Below, in pieces: positions 36,477 through 46,182 of a DNA stretch of 64,000 bases. The DNA is from Candidatus Collierbacteria bacterium RIFOXYD2_FULL_45_13 (lineage in GTDB: Bacteria > Patescibacteriota > Microgenomatia > UBA1400 > MFAQ01). The notes under the pieces were generated by a model. The model ran no database searches, was not told the origin of the DNA, and saw only the letters and a program-made list of their open reading frames with translations. Made by a program: the position numbers and the translations under genes. How positions within the stretch are numbered: position 1 is the stretch's first letter; the number at the start of each line of letters is the position of its first letter. Location: positions 543,557 through 607,556 of the forward strand of contig MFAS01000001.1 in assembly GCA_001774685.1 (NCBI GenBank), in the 5' to 3' direction.

Positions 36477-38690
36477 ATGCCGTCGTTTGAACCCACAGAA
36501 TCATTGGAATTCCTTATACCCAAAGAAGGTGTCTTTAAGACCAGTAAGGTAAAAATACATTACATTGCTGAAACAAATCAGGGCTTGGATATCGAATCTG
36601 ATGGCATAGTGCCATTTGACCCTGAGAGTGGAGCAAAAGACCTTATCGAAGAAATGGCAGACCGAAGATATGCTTTAAGAGATTTCAGAAGAGATCAGTC
36701 GGGTAAGGTGGTCTGTAAAACGACCGAAACTACCATGGGTCTTTATAAAAGCTTTCATAGGCTTAATACTCCTGAAGACGTTAAACGCTTGAAAGACGCA
36801 ATGCCTGTTGGATGTTGTGTTATTTTACTTACGAAAAAGGACAGGTACGGAATAAGGACAATGGTAATCCAAAACAGAGAAAGCCAAAGTGAATACCAGT
36901 TTACCGCAGGAGCCAGTGCGGGAGGTATCATGCGATCCAGATATGACAATGGTAAACTGATGAACATAAGGGACGTGATTCCCATATTCGCCCGCGAACG
37001 TGTTGAAGCTGAAATGGGCGTAACCTCTAATCAAATTACACTTGAGACGATCGCCTATGCTACCGAAACGGAACCAAAGACTCATGGCGAGATTATAACT
37101 CGGGCCACAACAGAGTTAACTTTAGAAGAAATAAAAGAAGCGTTCACTTTACGTACCGGAAAACGACCACGTCACATGATTGGACTACCCGTTCGAAAAG
37201 ATATCGTTGAAACTCTAGTTGCTAGATTAGAGTGCCCGATCCCTTCTTCTCATCTTGCAGCCTTTATAGCTGTGGGTTATATGCAAGTCATGGAGGATGA
37301 AGGTGTTGATGCTGCCATAACCTGGGTAAAGTCCCTAGAAGAAAAGGTTGAGCAAAACTATGCGCACATCGATTCCCTTGTGGCCACCAATACTCCCGGA
37401 GTAGGGAAACAATACGATCCTGAAAAATCACCTCGTGCTCAAGGGTTACCCGATCTTAATCAGGCCTTAATTGACGCAAATCTTCTGGTTCCAGTTTTTT
37501 CAACTCAGGAGATATTAGTTCAGAAAGAGATAGTTAGTCCAAGTGAAGTTTGCATTACCGGAAGTTTACATTTTCCGGAATATTTAAAAAACGAATCTTC
37601 CGACAAAATCAAAGCCGATCTAGCTCTTGAGGCTATTAGAAACACCCTCATGGATGGTTACAACATGACTATTGTAATCTCTCCAGCCACCCCATTAGAA
37701 TATTCAGAGGCTCTACAGCAGATGGCTTCAGAAATCGGCAAAGGAAAACTAGTTTTGGTAAAAGAATCTGGAAGAACGTATAGTGGGGCTAGAAGACAAG
37801 CCGCCGATGAAGCTCTCCGGTTGTCTCCTCAATATATAGTGACTTGTGAGATCGAGAAAAAAGAATTAGAGCGTTTCCACCAACAGTTCTTAAGACGTTT
37901 CGGTCAATCCGATAAAAAGCCAGGCTTTGTGGTTATGAATCGAGGTATTTTTAAGAAGTTGGTTGGTTTACCTGGTGCTCAAGATGAGGGGGAGCTACAC
38001 CAAAACTACTCGATCATGAGACATTTGATCAGTGCTGGTATTTATCCAGAAGGCACACTGCCGCTGGACTTACTGAATGGGACTAGAATTGTCTCCAACG
38101 AGCTGCTTCCCACCAACGCCGGTATCGACATTAACCCAGTCGACCTGCTCAAACTTACCTATCAGTATGAAGAAGTTGAGATTGAAGAAAATATGGTGGA
38201 CAGCGGAAATACCGGTGAAGTAGTCAGACAAACGAAGTGGGTTACGACTGATCCAGGTGTCAATATGACCGAACGGTACGGAGATAAGCCTTCGCTCATT
38301 TCCTACCCTGTAGACCATTACTCTGCAGCGGTTTATCACTCCATTACTATGTCAGCCGCATTGGGGATTGGTGTCGAACAGGTGGAAGTTCCCTATGCGC
38401 ACGATGCAAAACAAACTGCTGTCGAACAGGGTCCCGAAAAGGAATTTTTTGAGAAAAAAAGACGAGCTCAGGACAGAGCCATTATCGACCAGAACTTCGA
38501 TTTGGTTGCCAATATCTGTGAATGGAAAAAGCTCCGTCTATGGCCCAAAGTTGTTACTGACGCCATTGAAAACAAGACACCTATTTCACTCAAACATTAC
38601 GACAGTCGGGAGTGGGAAATCAAAGATGGCATATTGATCAACAAAGACGAGCGCTTTAACGAAGCTCAGCCGACCACGCCGACTCAATAA
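36477..38690 (+). CDS. large hypothetical soluble protein (737 aa), no recognisable family
   Basis: Long uninterrupted ORF with genome-typical composition; no TM and no canonical nucleotide-binding or catalytic motif found by eye. Lone plus-strand gene between two minus-strand genes. Confidence 0.45.
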   Translation: MPSFEPTESLEFLIPKEGVFKTSKVKIHYIAETNQGLDIESDGIVPFDPESGAKDLIEEMADRRYALRDFRRDQSGKVVCKTTETTMGLYKSFHRLNTPEDVKRLKDAMPVGCCVILLTKKDRYGIRTMVIQNRESQSEYQFTAGASAGGIMRSRYDNGKLMNIRDVIPIFARERVEAEMGVTSNQITLETIAYATETEPKTHGEIITRATTELTLEEIKEAFTLRTGKRPRHMIGLPVRKDIVETLVARLECPIPSSHLAAFIAVGYMQVMEDEGVDAAITWVKSLEEKVEQNYAHIDSLVATNTPGVGKQYDPEKSPRAQGLPDLNQALIDANLLVPVFSTQEILVQKEIVSPSEVCITGSLHFPEYLKNESSDKIKADLALEAIRNTLMDGYNMTIVISPATPLEYSEALQQMASEIGKGKLVLVKESGRTYSGARRQAADEALRLSPQYIVTCEIEKKELERFHQQFLRRFGQSDKKPGFVVMNRGIFKKLVGLPGAQDEGELHQNYSIMRHLISAGIYPEGTLPLDLLNGTRIVSNELLPTNAGIDINPVDLLKLTYQYEEVEIEENMVDSGNTGEVVRQTKWVTTDPGVNMTERYGDKPSLISYPVDHYSAAVYHSITMSAALGIGVEQVEVPYAHDAKQTAVEQGPEKEFFEKKRRAQDRAIIDQNFDLVANICEWKKLRLWPKVVTDAIENKTPISLKHYDSREWEIKDGILINKDERFNEAQPTTPTQ

Positions 38691-39618
38691 TCTGTTCGAT
38701 TTTGGGATATTTCGGTGACCACCCTAATTCTTTCTTGGCTTTTTCAGAGGAAGCGATTAGTCTGGCCGGGTCTCCTTCTCTTCTATCCGCAAATACAACA
38801 GGAACTTTTTTCCCGGTAATCTTTTCCACGGCATTGATTACTTCTTTGACAGAGTAGCCGCTACCGTTGCCTAGGTTAAATTCGTTCCGGAAAGATTTTT
38901 CCATATATTTAATCGCCGCTAGGTGTGCCGAAATCAAATCTTCTATGTGTACATAATCACGGATACAGGTACCGTCCGTAGTTTCATAATCGGTTCCAAA
39001 TACCGCGATGTTGGCTCTTTCTCCTTTAACTGCCTGGAAAATTAACGGGATCAAGTGACTTTCGTTAATATGCTGTTCCTTACTCATTATTGTGGCCCCA
39101 CAGGCGTTAAAGTAGCGAAAGATTGTGTATTTCAGATCATAAGCCTCAGCATATCTTTTGATGGCCAGTTCAAAAAAATATTTCGATTCACCATAGGGAT
39201 TTATGGGAGACTTGTCTGCTTCTTCGGTGATCGGCACGGTTTTTGGATTGCCGAAAACCGCTGCTGTCGAAGAAAAGATAATTTTGTCTACCCCATTCCG
39301 CCTCATCGAATCCAGCAGAGACACACCTTGACAAAAATTATTTTGGAAATATTTGGATGGTTTCTTTACCGACTCACCTACCTGTATCAGCCCGGCAAAA
39401 TCAAGAACGGTATCTATCTTGTGTTCACTAAATATCTTGTCCAGTAGTTTGGAGTCACCTTTTTCTCCTTGAATAAATATGGCGTTTGGATGAACGTTTT
39501 CTCTGTGTCCGGTACCGAGATGGTCCAGTACTACCACCGCGTCTCCCCGCTCAATTAATTTTTCTACACAGACCCCACCAATATATCCCGCTCCACCAAT
39601 TACCAAATGTTTCATCAT
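38656..39618 (-). CDS. galE: UDP-glucose 4-epimerase
   Basis: MMKHLVIGGAGYIGGVCVEKL…FSSTAAVFG…YGESKYFFE (YxxxK)…FRYFNACGA. Confidence 0.75.
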   Translation of the reverse strand: MMKHLVIGGAGYIGGVCVEKLIERGDAVVVLDHLGTGHRENVHPNAIFIQGEKGDSKLLDKIFSEHKIDTVLDFAGLIQVGESVKKPSKYFQNNFCQGVSLLDSMRRNGVDKIIFSSTAAVFGNPKTVPITEEADKSPINPYGESKYFFELAIKRYAEAYDLKYTIFRYFNACGATIMSKEQHINESHLIPLIFQAVKGERANIAVFGTDYETTDGTCIRDYVHIEDLISAHLAAIKYMEKSFRNEFNLGNGSGYSVKEVINAVEKITGKKVPVVFADRREGDPARLIASSEKAKKELGWSPKYPKIEQIIESAWSAELR

Positions 39619-39630
39619 TCGACAATCTTA

Positions 39631-39659
39631 ACATTTGATGGCTCACTCAGTCGTATAAT
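39631..39659 (+). promoter_or_regulatory. putative promoter (TATAAT ~39654-39659) for the 39666 operon
   Basis: Consensus -10 hexamer 6 nt upstream of the ATG; weak -35 (ACATTT). Suggests a leaderless transcript. Confidence 0.3.
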
Positions 39660-39665
39660 AAACAT

Positions 39666-40496
39666 ATGCCAGCGAAGCTTTCGGTCGTTATTCCGACCTA
39701 CAACGAACACCTGAACATAGCTAACTGTCTCGAGAGTCTACTTAAACAGTCAAAAAAAGCCGAAGAAATCATCGTTGTAGATGACGGCTCTACCGATACC
39801 ACCACAAAAATAGTTACGCAATACCCTGTCAGGCTACTAAAATCTGAACACAAAGGGCCTGGAGTTTCCAGAAATCTTGGTGCCTCAAAAGCCAATGGTG
39901 ACATCCTCGTCTTTGTTGATGCAGATATGACCTTTGATAAGAATTTCCTCAAATATCTTACCAGGCCGATCGCCAGCGGCAAATCCAAAGGGGTTTTCAA
40001 CGCGAAAGAATTTGTTTCCAATTTTGAAAACCCGCTTGCCCGTTGTTGGAATATCAACAACGGTCTTGCCGGGAAAAGAAGAATGAACCTTCGGTCACAG
40101 GAAGACACGGAAGATTTTCGAGCAATTCTGAATAGCGAATTTACCAAGGTGGGAGGTTTTGACAACACCGGGTATACAGACTCTAGAACTTTAGTAAAAA
40201 AGTTAGGCTACCGCCCACAGATAGAAAAGAGAGCCGTTTCGTATCATGCTAACCCGGAAACATACACGGAGGTCTTCCATCAAGCTCGATGGATTGGAAA
40301 GCGGAATACTAAATTTGGTCTATTCGGCAAATTATGTAATATATTGAGGTATTCACTACCCATCTCTCTGGTGACTGGATTCATCAAATCAGTTCGTCAT
40401 CAATGTCTTGAATTTATTCCCTTCAAGGTTGTCTATGACTTTGGATATCTAATTGGTATGATATCCTCGATTATTGGGTCGGATCTTAATAAATGA
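39666..40496 (+). CDS. glycosyltransferase family 2
   Basis: LSVVIPTYNEHLNIANCLESLL...EIIVVDDGSTDTT...VDADM. Confidence 0.6.
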   Translation: MPAKLSVVIPTYNEHLNIANCLESLLKQSKKAEEIIVVDDGSTDTTTKIVTQYPVRLLKSEHKGPGVSRNLGASKANGDILVFVDADMTFDKNFLKYLTRPIASGKSKGVFNAKEFVSNFENPLARCWNINNGLAGKRRMNLRSQEDTEDFRAILNSEFTKVGGFDNTGYTDSRTLVKKLGYRPQIEKRAVSYHANPETYTEVFHQARWIGKRNTKFGLFGKLCNILRYSLPISLVTGFIKSVRHQCLEFIPFKVVYDFGYLIGMISSIIGSDLNK

Positions 40497-41886
40497 TATG
40501 TATATCACGATCATTACCTTGACCGCACTCTTCTTAAGACTTATTCTGGCTAACCAAAGTTTCTGGCTCGATGAGGGTGCCTCACTGATGTTTGGAAAAC
40601 TCCCACTAAGCCAATTGATGGAGTCAATCAAAACCGACTTTCACCCACCCATCTTTTATACCTTGCTGCATTTTTGGCTTCCCTTTGCCGGTCGGTCTGA
40701 ATGGCTGATCCGCTTACTTTTTATCCTACTGGCCACGGCCACCATTCCCGTCCTTTATTATCTTTGCCGGGAAATATTTGGGGAAAAATCAAAAATCCCA
40801 TTTCTTTCTGCCCTGTTTCTTTCTATCAACCCGCTCCATATATATTACTCCCAGGAACTTCGCATGTATTCCTTGGCCACCTTACTCGTTGTGTCCTCCT
40901 GGTATTTTTTGATCAGGAAAAAGTATCTACTGGTTTCCGTCTTTAATTTTCTCAGTTTTTTCACCTTTTACGGAGTGGTCTTCAATCTAATTTCCCAAAT
41001 TGTTTTCCTCGTTTTTACCAAGCCCAGAAACATCTTAAGAAACGCGTTAATCATTATCGTCCCCACCGCCATTATATTTTTGTACTGGTGGCCTGTTTTT
41101 GGGGCTCAGCTCACCAATGGTCATTACCTAACAAGCGCACTTCCCGGATGGAAGATTCTTTCCGGCCCACTCACTTTCAAGTCGCTTGCCCTCATCCCGC
41201 TCAAGTTTGTTTTGGGTAGGATCTCATTCGAGCCGCAGAAACTATATTTTTTGGCCGGAGGCATTATTACCTCAATATTTCTCATCATTTCCGTCAGAGC
41301 ATTGACTACCAAAAAGGCTTTATTGTTTTGGGTTTCACTTCTGACGCCTCTTGCCATTGGTGCGCTTGTTAGTTTAAAGACTCCAGTGCTGGGTTATTGG
41401 CGCTTTCTGTTCATCTTGCCCTTTTTCATGGCTTTGTTGGCCGTTGGAGTAGAATCGCTACCCAAAATTATCTTTATCGGAACTGTCGCCTGGATATGTG
41501 GAGTTTTTCTCTTTGCCAATCTATATTTCTGGACGAACCTACGTTTCCAGCGGGAAGACTGGCGTGGTTTGAATACTTTCCTGGCTGGAAAAAACAGTTT
41601 GGTCTTACTAGCTTTTCCGTACAAATTTGCCCCTCTTAACTTCTATGCCAGCGACGCACGATATCTTCCTTTGGAAACATCTTCCTATACTCAAAAACCA
41701 CTACTAATAACTGAGTTCGAAGAAACAGCTACCCGTGCCGACAGCGTCTTTTATTTAGATTATCTGGCTGATCTTACCGATCCGGGTAGGTTAGGCCTTC
41801 ACTCCCTTACTCAATTTGGACTCACCCAGATCGGAGTATATAATTTTAACAATCTGGGACAACTTTACGAGTTCCGGCGTCTATGA
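40474..41886 (+). CDS. ArnT/PMT-like GT-C glycosyltransferase
   Basis: First loop QSFWLDEGASLMF (DE motif); multi-TM. Alternative ATG at ~40498 just after the upstream stop. Confidence 0.55.
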   Translation: MGRILINDMYITIITLTALFLRLILANQSFWLDEGASLMFGKLPLSQLMESIKTDFHPPIFYTLLHFWLPFAGRSEWLIRLLFILLATATIPVLYYLCREIFGEKSKIPFLSALFLSINPLHIYYSQELRMYSLATLLVVSSWYFLIRKKYLLVSVFNFLSFFTFYGVVFNLISQIVFLVFTKPRNILRNALIIIVPTAIIFLYWWPVFGAQLTNGHYLTSALPGWKILSGPLTFKSLALIPLKFVLGRISFEPQKLYFLAGGIITSIFLIISVRALTTKKALLFWVSLLTPLAIGALVSLKTPVLGYWRFLFILPFFMALLAVGVESLPKIIFIGTVAWICGVFLFANLYFWTNLRFQREDWRGLNTFLAGKNSLVLLAFPYKFAPLNFYASDARYLPLETSSYTQKPLLITEFEETATRADSVFYLDYLADLTDPGRLGLHSLTQFGLTQIGVYNFNNLGQLYEFRRL

Positions 41887-42977
41887 AAATTGCTATCGAT
41901 ATCTCGCAGGCCATCTACGGTACAGGTGTTTCCGTATACACCAAGAACTTGGTGGCTAATCTGATCAAACAATATCCAGACGATCAATTTGTACTCTTCG
42001 GAGGTTCGCTTCGCCGACGTCAAGAACTTTTTAACCTAGCCAGAAAACTAAAAGGCATCCCCAGGATTTTTCCTTTTGCTCCCACCTTGATGGACTTTAT
42101 CTGGAACTCGCTCCATTTGCTCCCTATTGAAACCTTCACCGGACCGGTAGATCTCATTCACACTTCAGACTGGACCGAGCCACCCTCCAAGTACCCTAAA
42201 GTAACTACAGTTCACGACCTGGTTCCCTTTCTTTATCCTCAAACCACTACCGACTCCATTCGAAACGCTCATAAAAAGAAACTGGCTTGGGTTATTCGGG
42301 AATCCAAGAAAATTATCGCCGTTAGTGAATCCACCAAGCGGGATCTGATATCTATTTTACGGGTACCCGAGAATAAGATTGTCGTTATTCCCGAGGGTGT
42401 CGAGGACCGATACACTCCCCAGCCTCAAGAAATCATTGAGTTAGCCAAAAATCACTACAAGACCGGAGATGATTTCATCTTCACTTTATCCACCCAGGAG
42501 CCGCGTAAAAACCAATCCGCTCTTATCAAGGCTTATCAGCGCGTTCGGGAGTCATACCCGGATCTCAAATTGCTTATCGCCGGTCGAGTCCGCCAAGATG
42601 GCGGGTTACCTGAAACCGAGGGTGTTCTTATGGCTGGGTACATTCCTGACTCGGATATGCCGGCCTTATACTCAGGCTGTCTGGCGTTCGTACTCCCCAG
42701 TATCTATGAAGGCTTTGGCCTGCCTCCTCTGCAGGCTATGTCTTGTGGAGCCGCGGTAGCCGTGTCCAACGTCAGCAGCTTACCGGAAGTGGTGGGGGAT
42801 GCGGGGGTATTGTTTGATCCTGAAAGTATCGATGGCATCGCCGCTGGTATAATAGAGGCTATTGAGAATAGAGCCAAACTCAGGCCAAAAAGCCTCAAAC
42901 AAGCCTCAAAATTTTCTTGGAAAAAAACAGCCGACGCTACTTATAAGGTATACCAAGAGGTTTTGTCGGCCAAATAA
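41883..42977 (+). CDS. glycosyltransferase family 4
   Basis: C-terminal EGFGLPPLQAMSCGAAVAVSNVSSLPEVVGDAGVLFDP (GT4 EX7E-type region). Confidence 0.65.
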   Translation: MKIAIDISQAIYGTGVSVYTKNLVANLIKQYPDDQFVLFGGSLRRRQELFNLARKLKGIPRIFPFAPTLMDFIWNSLHLLPIETFTGPVDLIHTSDWTEPPSKYPKVTTVHDLVPFLYPQTTTDSIRNAHKKKLAWVIRESKKIIAVSESTKRDLISILRVPENKIVVIPEGVEDRYTPQPQEIIELAKNHYKTGDDFIFTLSTQEPRKNQSALIKAYQRVRESYPDLKLLIAGRVRQDGGLPETEGVLMAGYIPDSDMPALYSGCLAFVLPSIYEGFGLPPLQAMSCGAAVAVSNVSSLPEVVGDAGVLFDPESIDGIAAGIIEAIENRAKLRPKSLKQASKFSWKKTADATYKVYQEVLSAK

Positions 42978-42980
42978 TCT

Positions 42981-44096
42981 ATGAACATCGGATTTGATAT
43001 CAACGAAGCCAATATTCCTCAACGAGTCGGGGTCAATCAGGTTGCCTACAACATCTTTGTGGCTATGGTCAAAAATTTACCAGAAGGTGACAAGCTTATT
43101 GCCTTAGGCAAAGAGAGACCTCTTCCCGATATGCCTCCCGCATCGGAGAAGCTGACCTACGAGATCTTCGGCTCAAAAAAAGCCTGGGTGCTGACTAGCC
43201 TTACCAAGCGTCTTTGGTTGGGCCGTCCCAAAGTTGATGTTCTTTTTTCTCCTAGCCATTATGCTCCTATATTTTCTCCGGTCAAAAGCGCAATTTACTT
43301 AATGGATTTGTCATTTGAAAGATTTGGCACTGAATATTTCACCAGTTATGATATCAACCAATTAAAAAAATGGACTCCGATCTCCGTCAAGAAAGCCAAA
43401 AAGATTTTTACCATTTCAGATTTCAGTAAAAGTGAAATAGTCAAACTATACGGTACCAGTCCAGAAAAAATTGAAGTTGTTTATCCTGCCTACGACAAAG
43501 AAGTATTTCATGGAAAAGTTCCCAAGACGCAACAGGCGGCAGTCAGAAAAAAATATGAAATAAACGGCAGTTTTCTGCTATATTGGGGTACCTTACAACC
43601 CAGAAAAAATATTTCCAAACTGATCGAGGCATTTTCCAAACTCAAAGAAACTCGCCTCAAACTGGTCATTGTGGGAAAAAAGGGTTGGTTATACGATCAA
43701 ATACTGGATCAAGCCCAGAAACTGGGCATTGCCAATCGCGTCATTTTTACCGGTTTTGCTCCCACTGAGGATCTTCCCGCTTTGATCAAAGCCAGCCGGG
43801 CCTTTGTTCTACCCAGTCTTTATGAAGGCTTTGGTATTCCGGTCGTCGAAGCCCAAGCCGTAGGGACCCCAGTCGTCGTATCCGCAGTGAGTTCACTTCC
43901 GGAAGTAACCGGGGAATCAGGCATTTTCATTGACGATCCTCACTCTGTCGAGAGTATCAAGCTGGCTATGGAAAAAGTTTTATCTCTGTCAGCTTCTGCC
44001 AGAAGCAGAATCATTAAGCTGGGTAAAGATAATGCCAAACGTTTTGACTGGGATACCTCAGCCCAACGGATTATTTCTATGTTAAAAAATATATGA
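42981..44096 (+). CDS. glycosyltransferase family 4
   Basis: EGFGIPVVEAQAVGTPVVVSAVSSLPEVTGESGIFIDD. Confidence 0.65.
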   Translation: MNIGFDINEANIPQRVGVNQVAYNIFVAMVKNLPEGDKLIALGKERPLPDMPPASEKLTYEIFGSKKAWVLTSLTKRLWLGRPKVDVLFSPSHYAPIFSPVKSAIYLMDLSFERFGTEYFTSYDINQLKKWTPISVKKAKKIFTISDFSKSEIVKLYGTSPEKIEVVYPAYDKEVFHGKVPKTQQAAVRKKYEINGSFLLYWGTLQPRKNISKLIEAFSKLKETRLKLVIVGKKGWLYDQILDQAQKLGIANRVIFTGFAPTEDLPALIKASRAFVLPSLYEGFGIPVVEAQAVGTPVVVSAVSSLPEVTGESGIFIDDPHSVESIKLAMEKVLSLSASARSRIIKLGKDNAKRFDWDTSAQRIISMLKNI

Positions 44097-44728
44097 AAAT
44101 AAGCAACTTGCGCTTTTCCTCCAAGGGGGTGGAGTTTATTGATAAGGACGGTCATAGGCTATCCTGGAACGCTGGATTAAGCAAAATAACAAATCGTTTT
44201 TTCAATTATTTTCTTGATCTTGAGCTATTATTCCTCTGGATTATCGGCTACGTTCCCAGCCATCAGATTAGAAAACTATTTTATTCTCTCGCCGGAATTA
44301 GACTCGGACGCGGTTCTACGTTCCACATGGGTGCCCGCTTCTATCAGCCGAAAAATATTTATATTGGAGAGGACACAATTATTGGAGATCATGCATTTAT
44401 TGATGGTCGGGCCAAAGTAGCCATAGGCAGTCATACCGATATCGCCTCTCACTTGATGATCTACAACTCCGAACATGATTTGACTGATTCGGGTTTCAAA
44501 GCTATTGAAGAGCCGGTTATCGTTGGAGATTATTGTTTTATCGGCCCACGAGTGATAATTATGCCAGGGGTGAAAATCGGAGACGGGGCGGTGGTCGCCG
44601 GTGGCGCCGTGGTGACCAAAGACGTACCGAACGGATCAATCGTTGGAGGAGTGCCGGCCAAACTTATTGGCGAAAGACAACTCAAGAAATATCAATATCG
44701 ACTAGGCAGGCCACGCCTATTCCAATGA
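44093..44728 (+). CDS. hexapeptide-repeat (left-handed beta-helix) sugar O-acetyltransferase
   Basis: N-terminal TM. Tandem hexapeptide repeats IGEDTIIGDHAFIDGRAKVAIGSHTDIA…IGPRVIIMPGVKIGDGAVVAGGAVVTKDVP. Confidence 0.65.
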   Translation: MKISNLRFSSKGVEFIDKDGHRLSWNAGLSKITNRFFNYFLDLELLFLWIIGYVPSHQIRKLFYSLAGIRLGRGSTFHMGARFYQPKNIYIGEDTIIGDHAFIDGRAKVAIGSHTDIASHLMIYNSEHDLTDSGFKAIEEPVIVGDYCFIGPRVIIMPGVKIGDGAVVAGGAVVTKDVPNGSIVGGVPAKLIGERQLKKYQYRLGRPRLFQ

Positions 44729-45273
44729 ATAAATTAAATTTACTGGGCACTGGCTTGTTTCTGGTTGGAGTAATCTATTTGACTCTTCCTTCGCCGACAC
44801 TTCCGGAGCTTTCTTCATCTGCTCTGTCAGACGAGGCCGGGGATACCTGGCAGCATCCGGATCAGAGAGGTTATTACTCAAATCTCACGCGCAGTCAGGT
44901 CTTGTCGGATCTTCAGTCAAAGTTCATCACCAAATTGGGAAACCTAATCATCCCCAGTTATCGCTTAAATTACCGAGTAGAAGATGCTTACGAGTTGGTA
45001 CGTGATCAGTTAAACAGTAACTATCTTGAAGAAATTGTTTATCCTTTCCGGGAGTCGCTTTTTGTCAATGGTTGGGAGCCGAAGAACGCCCCCAGATTTG
45101 CCAGTCTGGCAAAGAAGGATGTTCCCAAGATATCACTTCATGGAGTTGTCTATGACGCCAAGATCACCATGAGACCGGTTTTCTCCGCGGTCTGGGCCAG
45201 ACTCCTCATCTGGATTCTCGTTTTTCCATCCGCATATTTAGTTTATCTATCTTTCAAAAAAGCTTTTTCCTAA
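44725..45273 (+). CDS. hypothetical membrane protein (N- and C-terminal TM helices)
   Basis: ATG overlaps the upstream stop (ATGA). The longer track ORF from 44533 is an Arg-rich out-of-frame read of the acetyltransferase gene and was rejected. Confidence 0.4.
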   Translation: MNKLNLLGTGLFLVGVIYLTLPSPTLPELSSSALSDEAGDTWQHPDQRGYYSNLTRSQVLSDLQSKFITKLGNLIIPSYRLNYRVEDAYELVRDQLNSNYLEEIVYPFRESLFVNGWEPKNAPRFASLAKKDVPKISLHGVVYDAKITMRPVFSAVWARLLIWILVFPSAYLVYLSFKKAFS

Positions 45274-46182
45274 ATGACCAAAGTTGATTTATCGATTATT
45301 TCCGTTTCTTACAATACCAAGCAGATAATGCTTGACTGTTTGGAATCGATAGTCAAACACACAAAGGGACTCAAATACGAAATCATTGCGGTTGATAATG
45401 GTTCCAAAGATGGTTCTTTGGAGATGCTTTGTGATTTCTCTAAAAAACACCCAGAACTAATACTCGTGGATGCGAAGGAGAACATTGGTTTTGGCAGAGG
45501 TAACAATTTGGGAGCCAAAAAAGCCAGGGGAGAATTTCTCCTTTTTCTCAACTCCGATACACTGCTTTTTGATAACGCCCTTAAGTCTGCCGTGGAATAT
45601 GTCCGCAAACACCCCAGAATTGGAGCCTACTCTTGTCGGCTTCTCAACGCTGACCGTTCTTTTCAGCCCTCCGGTGGTCATTTCCCTACCTTACTAAATC
45701 TATTTGCCTGGCAATTCTTTATCGACGACTTGCCGATTATCGGTAGTGTCATTTCCTCTTTTCATCCAAAGCAAAGTGCTTACGACCAAAATCAAGCCAT
45801 GGACTGGGTTACCGGTGCTTTTTTGATTGTACCCAAGAAACTTTTCGACCGGGTTGGTGGTTTCGATGAAAACATTTTTATGTATACGGAAGAAATGGAG
45901 CTTTGCTATCGCTTTTCCCGGGTAGGATACCGCACTGTTTATCAAAACACTCCTGCCATTATCCACCTCGGCGGCGCCTCCAACGGCTCAGTCTTCGCCA
46001 TTGTGAGCGAAGTTAAATACATGATCTATTTTTGGAAAAAACACAGATCTGGTTGGCAACTTCCTCTGGTTAAGTTTGCCTTCCTCACAGGTTCATTGCT
46101 TAGGCTATTAATATTTGGGATAATCAAAGGTGATGAAAAAGCTCGTCGAGCATACATACAGTGTCTTAGACATATTATATAA
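45274..46182 (+). CDS. glycosyltransferase family 2
   Basis: LSIISVSYNTKQIMLDCLESI...[13 protein letters not shown]...FLNSDT. Confidence 0.65.
   Translation: MTKVDLSIISVSYNTKQIMLDCLESIVKHTKGLKYEIIAVDNGSKDGSLEMLCDFSKKHPELILVDAKENIGFGRGNNLGAKKARGEFLLFLNSDTLLFDNALKSAVEYVRKHPRIGAYSCRLLNADRSFQPSGGHFPTLLNLFAWQFFIDDLPIIGSVISSFHPKQSAYDQNQAMDWVTGAFLIVPKKLFDRVGGFDENIFMYTEEMELCYRFSRVGYRTVYQNTPAIIHLGGASNGSVFAIVSEVKYMIYFWKKHRSGWQLPLVKFAFLTGSLLRLLIFGIIKGDEKARRAYIQCLRHII

Noticed and set aside
44533-44724. Arg/Gly-rich N-terminal extension of the 44533..45273 track ORF (…RRRGGGRRWRRGDQRR…).
   Set aside because: It is an out-of-frame reading of the GC-rich hexapeptide-repeat region of the acetyltransferase gene. 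The real downstream gene starts at the ATGA overlap at ~44725.
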